Shown piece by piece: positions 41,847 through 50,044 of a stretch of 64,000 nt of DNA. The notes under the pieces are model-generated. The model did not search any database. It was given only the letters and a program-made list of their open reading frames with translations, and was not told where the DNA came from. The stretch's first letter is position 1. Every line of letters begins with the position of its first letter. A program made the translations under genes and the position numbers. Origin of the DNA: an uncultured Gemmatimonadaceae bacterium (GTDB taxonomy: Bacteria > Gemmatimonadota > Gemmatimonadetes > Gemmatimonadales > Gemmatimonadaceae); contig CAWAGQ010000010.1 in NCBI GenBank assembly GCA_963781585.1, positions 272,604 through 336,603 on the forward strand, written 5' to 3'.

Positions 41847-44705
41847 CTACTGCACGACCTTCTCCGGGAGCAGCACGAACCGGATCAGGCGCGCCGAATC
41901 GAGGTACTTGATCGCTGCCTGACGGATCTGATCGCCGGTGAGGTTCCTGATGAAGTTCTCGTAGGTCACGAGCCCTCGGGGGTCCTCGCCATTCTGGATC
42001 CGGCCGGAAATGTTCGATGCCCACCAGCTGTTCTGCCTGAGCGAGACTTCCTGAGTGCGCTGCTCCTGCTCGCGCACCTTCTGCACGTCGGCGTCGGACA
42101 CCCCGTTCCGCTTCACGCTGTCGATGATCGCCATCGCGCTCTTGTACAGCGTGTCCACCTTGTCGGGGGCCGAGCCGAAGCTCACGGCCACTTGATAGTC
42201 CTGCACCGGATATTTGCTCCCCGACGGGCTCACGCTCACGGAATAGGTACCACCCAGCGCCTCGCGCATCGTCTCCAGCATCTTCATCTCGAGCAGCTCG
42301 CACAGCGACCGGAGCGCATACCGGGATTCGGGCGTGTAGGGCGCCTCCCCGGTGAAGAACATCGCCGTGCTGGCCTTGGGCTCGCTCCCCTTGCGGACGA
42401 TCTTCTCCATGGCGGTCGAGGGCGTGCGAATCCCGACATCGCGCCACTGCTCATGCCGCCCGGTGCTGGGCAGGGATCCCAGCCACTGCTCGACCAGCGG
42501 GCGCAGGGAGTCGGGCGTGATGCTGCCCACGAACGTGACGGTGAGATCGGAGACGTCGGCGAAGCGGTCGCGGTAGATGTCGTACGCGCGATTCAGCCGC
42601 ACCGTCGCGAGCAGGCTGGTGTCCAGCGGCCGCGCCCTGGGATGATGCTGCGACATCGTGACGTCGATCGTGTCCTGGAAGGCCACCTCCGGCTGATTCT
42701 CGCGGTTGGCGAGGATGGTATTGAACTGCGCCCGGAGGGCGTCGAACGCCGAGGAGTCACGGCGTGGCGCGGTGGCGCGGAGGTAGAGGAGCTGGAGCAT
42801 CGTCTCCAGATCCTTCGGCGAGGCGCTGCCGGTGAATCCTTCGGAGAGATCGCTGATGTACGACCCCACGCGGAAGCTCTTCCCGGCGAGCTTCTTTCGA
42901 AGCTCGATGGCATCGAAATCGGCCACCCCCCCGTTCTCGACGATCAGGCTGGCGAGTGCGCCCGAGACGAACTCACTGTCGGGAACGAGGCTCAGTCCGC
43001 CCGGGCTCCATGCCTGCATCACCACCTCGTCGTCCTTGTAGTCCGTGGGCTTGACCAATACCCGGATGCCGTTCGAGAGTCGCCACTCGGTGACGCCGAG
43101 CTCGGGGATGCTGTTCTCGGCGACCACCCGCCCCGGCGTCGGCAGCGAGGCCACCAGCGGAGCCTCGGACACCGTCTCGGTATAGGCGGCCACCGTCTCG
43201 GCGTCGGCGCGATGGAACGCCGCCAGCAGGTCGCTCTCGGCGGGCACCTTCGCCTCCGGCTTGTCGGGCGCCGCGACCGCCACCACCCGGTTGGTGTCGG
43301 TAATCCACTGCCTGCCTAACGCGTTGACGTCGTCGAGCGTCACGGCCGGCAGGACCGCCTTGGCGGTCTCGAACTCCCACGCGATACCCGGCGACGGTTC
43401 GCCATCGAGAAAGAAGCGGATGTACTCCTCGGCGAACGATCCCGATTCGCTCTTGTCGCGCTCGGCGTACGCCGTCTCGAGCCCGCGAAGCATCGACGCC
43501 TTGGCGCGCGCCAGCTCGCTCGCCAGAAACCCGTGCTCGTCCACGCGCTTCGCCTCACGCAACAGCGCCTCGAGTCCCGGCACGATCCCTCCGTCCGGCA
43601 CCACCGCCGCGAGGAAGTACACGTCGCTGGACCGCACGAACGGCCCGTAGCTCGACGACGCGAAGGAGAACGGCGCGTTGGGCCGCTTGGTGATTTCGCT
43701 CAGGCGGCTGTTGAACATGCTGTTGTAGAGATCGCGCACGAGCATGGTGCGGTAGTCGGCCACCGATCGGAGCGGAGTCGGGACGTGCTTGTACAAGACC
43801 TCCACGGTCGAGACGTCCTGCTCGTGGTCGGTCGCGATCGTCACCAGGGTGGAGTCGTTTCCCGGGACCGGGACCACCGGCCGCGGGCGCTCGTTGGACG
43901 GCCCCCGCAGCGCCGAGAACCGCGACTTCACCAGCGCTTCGATGCTGTCCGGATCCACGTCGCCCACCGCAATCACCGCCATCAGATCGGGCCGGTACCA
44001 GTCATGATAGAACCGCCGCACTGGCGCCGGCGTGGCGCCACGGATGACGTCGGGGAGGCCGATGGGCAGTCGGTCCGCGTACCGGGATCCACGGAACAGC
44101 ACCGGAAACTGCTTGTCCCGGATCCGCGAGTCGGCGCCCAGTCCCAGCCGCCACTCCTCGAGGACCACGCCGCGCTCATTCACCGTTTCGGTGGAGTCGA
44201 ACAGCGCCCCGCTCGCCCAGTCCTGCAGCACATCGAAACCACGGCCCACCAGCCCCGGCTTGTCCGTGGGGATCGGCAGGATGTAGACCGTCTCATCGAA
44301 TCCGGTGTAGGCGTTGAGGTCCGCCCCGAAGCGCACCCCGATCGACTCCAGATACGAGACGATGTCGTTCTTCTTGAACCGGCGCGTCCCGTTGAACTCC
44401 ATGTGCTCCACGAAGTGCGCCAGCCCGCGCTGATCGTCGTCCTCCAGCACCGAACCCGCATTCACCACCAGCCGGAGTTCCAGGCGGTGTTCGGGTCGTC
44501 CATTGTGCCGGATGTAATAGTGGAGCCCGTTGGGCAGCGTGCCGGCGCGAACGGCGGGGTCGAGTGGAATCGGCGCGGTGGGAGCGAGGGCCGGCGCGGA
44601 CCGCCCGGTGACTCCTCCGCCCTGGGCGGGCGCAGTGGTCGCGAGCGCGACGAGGGCGCCGGCTCCGGTGAGGATGATGCCGATTCGGGACGAGAGAAGG
44701 GTCAT
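41847..44705 (-). CDS. M16 zinc protease (PqqL-like), exported
   Basis: HFVEH inverted zinc motif, NAYTGFDET and WYRPD; duplicated halves. Confidence 0.93.
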   Translation of the reverse strand: MTLLSSRIGIILTGAGALVALATTAPAQGGGVTGRSAPALAPTAPIPLDPAVRAGTLPNGLHYYIRHNGRPEHRLELRLVVNAGSVLEDDDQRGLAHFVEHMEFNGTRRFKKNDIVSYLESIGVRFGADLNAYTGFDETVYILPIPTDKPGLVGRGFDVLQDWASGALFDSTETVNERGVVLEEWRLGLGADSRIRDKQFPVLFRGSRYADRLPIGLPDVIRGATPAPVRRFYHDWYRPDLMAVIAVGDVDPDSIEALVKSRFSALRGPSNERPRPVVPVPGNDSTLVTIATDHEQDVSTVEVLYKHVPTPLRSVADYRTMLVRDLYNSMFNSRLSEITKRPNAPFSFASSSYGPFVRSSDVYFLAAVVPDGGIVPGLEALLREAKRVDEHGFLASELARAKASMLRGLETAYAERDKSESGSFAEEYIRFFLDGEPSPGIAWEFETAKAVLPAVTLDDVNALGRQWITDTNRVVAVAAPDKPEAKVPAESDLLAAFHRADAETVAAYTETVSEAPLVASLPTPGRVVAENSIPELGVTEWRLSNGIRVLVKPTDYKDDEVVMQAWSPGGLSLVPDSEFVSGALASLIVENGGVADFDAIELRKKLAGKSFRVGSYISDLSEGFTGSASPKDLETMLQLLYLRATAPRRDSSAFDALRAQFNTILANRENQPEVAFQDTIDVTMSQHHPRARPLDTSLLATVRLNRAYDIYRDRFADVSDLTVTFVGSITPDSLRPLVEQWLGSLPSTGRHEQWRDVGIRTPSTAMEKIVRKGSEPKASTAMFFTGEAPYTPESRYALRSLCELLEMKMLETMREALGGTYSVSVSPSGSKYPVQDYQVAVSFGSAPDKVDTLYKSAMAIIDSVKRNGVSDADVQKVREQEQRTQEVSLRQNSWWASNISGRIQNGEDPRGLVTYENFIRNLTGDQIRQAAIKYLDSARLIRFVLLPEKVVQ

Positions 44706-44943
44706 CGTTACCTGGCGTGCAAGAGGGTCCTGCGCAAGATAGGGGGAATCGCGGGCGAGCGCGTGACGAGACGCGGGTTTCCGTCAGAAGACCATGGCAA
44801 CGCGACCGGGCCGCGATGCCGGGCGGGCGCCCGGGGGCGCCCCTGGTCGATGGGCGCCACACCCCGCGCGGGTTTTGTCGGAAACAGAACGGCGGCCCGG
44901 GAAGACCAACCGGGCCGCCGTCACACGCGCTGTGCCGTTGCGC

Positions 44944-45573
44944 CTACTGTTCCAGCGTCGCGCGAATCACCGGTTTGAAGAGCAGCCCGTTCTGCATGAT
45001 CGTATTGCCGCGCAGGACGAAGCTGTTGCTCACGTCGAAATCGACCAGAACGGTGGTGGTTCCGCCGTCATCGATGGTAATGGGTGAATCGAGCAGGATC
45101 TTGATACCGGACTTCCCGGCGGACGGAAACTTGATCGATGGATCGGACGTGCCGGTCAACGTGGTCCCGTCCTTCAGGGTGACGCTGGACTGCGCTACGT
45201 CCACGATCAGCCGCAGGCTCTGATAGCTTCCGGCGGCCAGCATCGCCGAGCCGATCGTGGCCACGTTGCCACCGCTCAGGGCCAGCAAATCGATGACCTC
45301 GTTAGGCTCGGCGACGGTCGACCAGCCGTCGGCGGCCGATGTCGCCGCCTCCAGTTCTTCTTCCGCATCCGCATCGGTGGTGCTCGCGGTCTTCGCATCG
45401 ACCCGGACGATGAAGATGTCGACGCTGCTCACCTCGTCGGTCGGGAACGGCGCATCCATCAGCCGCACCACCAGCTGGCCTCGACCAGACGGCGGACCGG
45501 TTGACGAATCGCTCGCACAGGCCCAGCCCAGCAGGGCCGTCAGGACGAGCGACGTTCTTCCAGGGAATTGCAT
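44944..45573 (-). CDS. DUF4382-family lipoprotein
   Basis: Lipobox GWAC; LMDAP, IDLLAL, PSAGKSGIKI, VDFDVSNS and KPVIR motifs. Confidence 0.85.
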   Translation of the reverse strand: MQFPGRTSLVLTALLGWACASDSSTGPPSGRGQLVVRLMDAPFPTDEVSSVDIFIVRVDAKTASTTDADAEEELEAATSAADGWSTVAEPNEVIDLLALSGGNVATIGSAMLAAGSYQSLRLIVDVAQSSVTLKDGTTLTGTSDPSIKFPSAGKSGIKILLDSPITIDDGGTTTVLVDFDVSNSFVLRGNTIMQNGLLFKPVIRATLEQ

Positions 45574-45809
45574 GTGACGCTCCTGGCTTTCGGAATCTCG
45601 AAACCGACACGCAACACGTCAGGCAGCAACGGGTCGGGCCGGCGGCAGCCGGACGCGCGGTTGCGCGCCACGACAACCGGTCGCGCAATCGCGCGCCCCT
45701 ATTGAGTGTCATGATGCAGACGCGCGCAAGCGGTGGCGCGCATCACGCGGGCAGCGTGCTCGGCAGGACCTGCCGGTCGCGAGCGTGGGCTCCGCGGCTC
45801 AACGCGCCT

Positions 45810-45851
45810 CGCCCCCGTCTCCGGCACCGGAGGGTGCCGGAGACGGGGGCG
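45810..45851. terminator. Perfect 19-bp stem-loop 3' of the OmpA gene (terminator or mRNA-stabilising hairpin)
   Basis: CGCCCCCGTCTCCGGCACC-ggag-GGTGCCGGAGACGGGGGCG; no U-tract. Confidence 0.65.
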
Positions 45852-45880
45852 GCGCAGTTGACTCGTTTCGAGCGTCCGCG

Positions 45881-47224
45881 CTACTGCCTGGGACGGCACC
45901 CCGACGACACGCCCTGGTCACCCACTGACCAGATCTCGACGCGTCGATTCACCCGATGTTCCGCCTTCGACTTCTGCGGATGCTGGTGGTCATCGTCGAG
46001 CAGCAGGCACTGCTCGCCGAATCCCTTGGAGGCGATGCGCCCGGAGGATACGCCGCCCCGGGTGAGGTAGCTCACCACCGTGCCGGCTCGCCGCTCCGAC
46101 AGGCGCTGATTGTACTCGTCGCTCCCGTACGGATCGGTGTGTCCTTCGACTGCCACGTTGACGTTGGTGCGGCTCTGCAACGTCTGGATGATCCTGTCGA
46201 GCGTGTCACGCCCCGCCGCGGTCAGCGCGGATTTGTCGAAATCGAAGTACACCCAGTTCAGCCGCACCAGGAGCTCCTGTACCGCTATCGTCGCGGTGGC
46301 CGTGCCGGTAAGGCCCTGGTTGTCGGTGCAGGTGAGCGTGATCGTGTGCGATGACGGTGAGAGCGGACGCGTGAACGAACCGCCGCTCCCGATATTCCCG
46401 TCGCGGCTGGATGTCCACCGCCCACCGGAGGTGATGTCTCCCTGCTCGGGGTCGCGACAGGCTCCGGTGAATGTGATCGGTCCGGCGAACGAACCGCCGT
46501 TGGCGGGCGAGGTAATGGTCGCGACCGGCGGCTGGTTAGGCGGCGGTGGTGGAGGAGGCGGGGGAGCCGGAGCCGGCGCCGGCGCCGGCGCTGGTGGTGC
46601 TGGTGGTGGCGGAGGCGGTGGAGGTGGAGCCGCCTGATAGCATCTCCCACGAATTGCGTAGCTCAGCCCCGCGCGGAACCCCACGTTGGTGGACTTGCCG
46701 TCGAGCGTGATCGTGCTGCCGTTGAAATTGGGCGACGGGTTGTAGTCCACCGGCACGTCGAACCGGAGGCTCGTCCGTTCGTTGACGCACACCTTCAGTC
46801 CGAGGAGCCCCGTGAACGCGTCTTCGTACTCATTGCCCGCAACGTAGCCGGGGCCGCGCCGGACCCGATTCGCGTACACATTGTTCTGGTAGCCGGCTCC
46901 GATGATGATGCGGACCTTCTCTGTCACCGGAAGGCCGTACGTCAATCGGAACGCATAGGGGCGATAGGTGACCGACTTCGTGCCCTGCAAATCGTGCCAG
47001 TTGGTCTTCCCGTACTGAATGTCGCCCTCGACTCCGAAATTGTTGAAGAAGTACAGGGCGCCACGCACACCGCCCGACAGCACGTTGTCGAGCTGGAGCT
47101 CCTTGTCGATCTTGGTCCACTGACCAAAAACGCCGAGCTCGGTCGTAACGGCCTTCTGTGCTACCGCCGGGCGCACGCCCCACACCGTGGCGAGCGCCGT
47201 GACCGCGAAGAATCGATATCGCAT
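45881..47224 (-). CDS. OmpA-family protein: beta-barrel, Pro-rich linker, Ig/PKD-like domain and OmpA C domain
   Basis: Signal peptide; alternating beta-strands; poly-Pro linker; NQPPVATI; YFDFDK, EGHTD, YNQRLSERRA and NRRVE motifs. Confidence 0.92.
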   Translation of the reverse strand: MRYRFFAVTALATVWGVRPAVAQKAVTTELGVFGQWTKIDKELQLDNVLSGGVRGALYFFNNFGVEGDIQYGKTNWHDLQGTKSVTYRPYAFRLTYGLPVTEKVRIIIGAGYQNNVYANRVRRGPGYVAGNEYEDAFTGLLGLKVCVNERTSLRFDVPVDYNPSPNFNGSTITLDGKSTNVGFRAGLSYAIRGRCYQAAPPPPPPPPPAPPAPAPAPAPAPPPPPPPPPNQPPVATITSPANGGSFAGPITFTGACRDPEQGDITSGGRWTSSRDGNIGSGGSFTRPLSPSSHTITLTCTDNQGLTGTATATIAVQELLVRLNWVYFDFDKSALTAAGRDTLDRIIQTLQSRTNVNVAVEGHTDPYGSDEYNQRLSERRAGTVVSYLTRGGVSSGRIASKGFGEQCLLLDDDHQHPQKSKAEHRVNRRVEIWSVGDQGVSSGCRPRQ

Positions 47225-47423
47225 GAAGACCTCTGGTGGAGGAGGCGAAGATCCCACCAACGTCCTTCGGGACTCTGTCTGCACCCGGTCACGCCGGGGT
47301 GGTCCCGGTACTCTGCAGCGCCACCATAATAATCAGATTCGGTAGCTTCTCCAATCCGAGCTGACTCGACTCCCGCCGAGAGGCGTCGGCGGCCGTTCGC
47401 ATCGGCATTCGGCTCGCGTCCCG

Positions 47424-48728
47424 TTAGGGACCTACCACGTCGTCCAGCGCGGCTTCGACCGCGGCCAGCGTCGGGTCGACCTCCACCGGGGCGTTGCGCT
47501 GGGGAGGTGCCGGAGACGCCCGCTGGTGATACCAGACGATCAGGTCTGGATCCTTGAGCATGTTGCCGGTCAGGACGCAGGCCACACTCTGCTCCCGGGT
47601 GATGAGTCCGCTCTCGACCCCGGCGCGCACGCCGGCCAGGCTCGCCGCGCTGGCGGGCTCACACCCGACCCCCGACGCGTCGATCCGCGCCTTGGCCTCC
47701 AGGATCTCCGAGTCGGGCACCGCCAGCACGACGCCGTTGGTAGCGCGAATCGAGAGTACGGCGCGATCAAATGAGGCGGGGTTCCCGATTCGGATGGCGG
47801 TGGCAACCGTCTCGGCCGTTACGCGAGTTCGCTGGGTGAAGTTCGTGACATAGCTGTGGTGAAAGGGCGCAGCTCCCGCCGCCTGCACGGCGAGAAGCCG
47901 GGGCATCCGGTCGATCAGGCCGCAGTCACGAGCCTCGCGGAGCGCCTTGCCGAAGGCGGCCGTGTTCCCGAGGTTGCCGGCAGGCAGGGCAATCCAGTCC
48001 GGCGGCTCCCAGTGGAGCTGGTGCAACATCTCCAGCACGATGGACTTCTGCCCTTCCACGCGAAATGGATTGACCGAATTCAGAAGATAGACACCCAGCT
48101 CCGCCGAGGCCTGCCGTGCCAGCGTGAGGCAGTCATCGAAATCACCACGCACCAGCAGCGTGCGCGCTCCGTAGGCCAGCGTCTGCGCCATTTTCCCCAG
48201 CGCGATTTTTCCCGCAGGCACGAGCACAATCGCAGGGAGACCGCCCAGCGCGGCGTACGCGGCCAGCGACGCCGACGTGTTGCCCGTGGACGCACAGGCT
48301 ACCGCCGTTGCGCCGATTCGTCGCGCCTGCGTCACCCCGACCGTCATGCCGCGGTCCTTGAACGAGCCCGTCGGGTTCATGCCCTCATGTTTGAGGAACA
48401 GCTGCCGGCATCCGGCCCACCGCGTGAGGTTGTCCCGCTCGACGAGTGGCGTGTTGCCTTCCGGATACGTCACGATCTCGTTGTCGCGCGCGTCGAGGAT
48501 CAGCTCGCGGTACCGCCACACCCCCGATCCCGCCGGGCCGCCGTTTACCAGAATCCCCGCGGCGCGCTCAGCGAAGCGCTGTCGCAGCCGGTCGGGAGAA
48601 AGGGCCGGCGGGTCGCGCTCGAGGTCGAGCAGTCCTCCGCACCGCGGACACGCGACCGCGGCGTCGAGTTCGCCGAGCCGGTGCCCGCAGGCCAGGCAGC
48701 GTTGCCACGCCGCGCCACCGGGCGTCAC
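47424..48728 (-). CDS. thrC: Threonine synthase
   Basis: EGNTPL, EGMNPTGSFKDRG, ASTGNTSAS and NSVNPFR motifs; N-terminal CxxC..CxxC; start overlaps the thrB stop. Confidence 0.93.
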   Translation of the reverse strand: MTPGGAAWQRCLACGHRLGELDAAVACPRCGGLLDLERDPPALSPDRLRQRFAERAAGILVNGGPAGSGVWRYRELILDARDNEIVTYPEGNTPLVERDNLTRWAGCRQLFLKHEGMNPTGSFKDRGMTVGVTQARRIGATAVACASTGNTSASLAAYAALGGLPAIVLVPAGKIALGKMAQTLAYGARTLLVRGDFDDCLTLARQASAELGVYLLNSVNPFRVEGQKSIVLEMLHQLHWEPPDWIALPAGNLGNTAAFGKALREARDCGLIDRMPRLLAVQAAGAAPFHHSYVTNFTQRTRVTAETVATAIRIGNPASFDRAVLSIRATNGVVLAVPDSEILEAKARIDASGVGCEPASAASLAGVRAGVESGLITREQSVACVLTGNMLKDPDLIVWYHQRASPAPPQRNAPVEVDPTLAAVEAALDDVVGP

Positions 48729-49702
48729 CGGCGGCCCGCTACCGAGCGCGCCACGGTGGTCTGCACTCTGGCGCCGAGCCGATCGACCCGCGACACGCAG
48801 GCCACGCAGGCGAGCCCCGTGTTCTGGTAGGCCGCGCACATGGCCGGGGCCACCTCGGCGGCGACGCCGTCGCTGGCGCAGACGGCGAACGACGTGGGTC
48901 CCGCTCCCGAGATGGAGACGCCCAGGGCGCCGGCGCCGAGCGCCGCGCGCTTCGCTTCGAAAAACCCCGGAAGGAGGGGAGCACGCACCGGCTCGGCAAT
49001 GCGGTCGTCGATCGCCCGTCCGAGCTGCGCCAGATCGCCGGAATAGCAGGCCGCCACGATGGCACCGACTTGCGCCGCCTGGTGCAGCGCATCCGCACGC
49101 GCAATGTCGCGCGGTAGCGCGGCGCGCGCGTCTGCCGTGCGCAGCTGCTGCGCGGGGACCGCGAGGACCAGCCGCAGGTCGCGCGGAACCGGCAGCGCGA
49201 TGACGTCGATCGGGTCGAGCGAACGAATCAGGACCAGGCCGCCGAGCAGCGAGGGAGCCACGTTATCGAGGTGCCGTCCGGCGACCACGGCTTCGGCGGC
49301 CAGAGCAGCGGCCAGGAGCTCGGTGCTGGTAAGCGGCGCACCGAGAAGGGCATTGACCGCTACCGCGCCGGCCACCGCCGAGGCCGCGCTTCCTCCCTGT
49401 CCGGCCGACAGCGGCAGTCCCTTCTGAACGCGGAGCCCGACACCGCGCGACAGGCTCGTCCCGCCTAACGCGGTGACGCGGCGCATGACGTCCAGCGCGG
49501 CAATGCCTGATGCATGACGCTGCGCGTCTTTCGGGAGTGTCGCATTCCCGGGATCCAGAATCGATACGCCTGGCTCATCGCACCAGGTCGCCTCGACCGT
49601 GTCCCCTCCCACATCGACGGCACATCCGAGAATGTCGAGTCCCGGGCCGAAATTCCCGATACTGCCCGGGGCGAAAACGGTAGCGCGCGTGGGAAAGGAC
49701 AC
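48725..49702 (-). CDS. thrB: Homoserine kinase
   Basis: APGSIGNFGPGLD, LPLSAGQGGSAAS, HLDNVAP and SGAGPT motifs; GTG start inferred. Confidence 0.92.
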   Translation of the reverse strand: MSFPTRATVFAPGSIGNFGPGLDILGCAVDVGGDTVEATWCDEPGVSILDPGNATLPKDAQRHASGIAALDVMRRVTALGGTSLSRGVGLRVQKGLPLSAGQGGSAASAVAGAVAVNALLGAPLTSTELLAAALAAEAVVAGRHLDNVAPSLLGGLVLIRSLDPIDVIALPVPRDLRLVLAVPAQQLRTADARAALPRDIARADALHQAAQVGAIVAACYSGDLAQLGRAIDDRIAEPVRAPLLPGFFEAKRAALGAGALGVSISGAGPTSFAVCASDGVAAEVAPAMCAAYQNTGLACVACVSRVDRLGARVQTTVARSVAGRR

Positions 49703-49726
49703 GGGGGAGAGTTCGGGTGAGAGGTC

Positions 49727-49882
49727 CAGGGCCAAAGGCCGAAGGAAAGCTCGAAGCTCGCGACGCGGAGGTCAAATCGTGGAGAATCAGCTCTCAGCAA
49801 TCTGTCGGCCGGTAGCGAGCCATGAGCCATGAGCTATGGCCTTCCTCATGGCCCCGGCCTCTGGCCCGGGGCCTCTGACCTC
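49727..49882. repeat. Degenerate 7-bp repeat tracts in the thrB/M14 divergent intergenic region
   Basis: ccagggc caaaggc cgaagga aagctcg aagctcg ... cgagcca tgagcca tgagcta tggcctt. Confidence 0.6.
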
Positions 49883-50044
49883 CCTCTTGCAGCACTGCCC
49901 CGCATCGACGCGTAACAGTTGCGTACACATCACCCGGCGCACGCGCTATCCTGGCCGCGCCGTTCGGTTGCGTTGGTGCCGCGCCCGCGTGCTCCCGTCC
50001 CTCTCCACTCGCATTGACCCGCTTCAGGCATTGAGGATCTCCAC

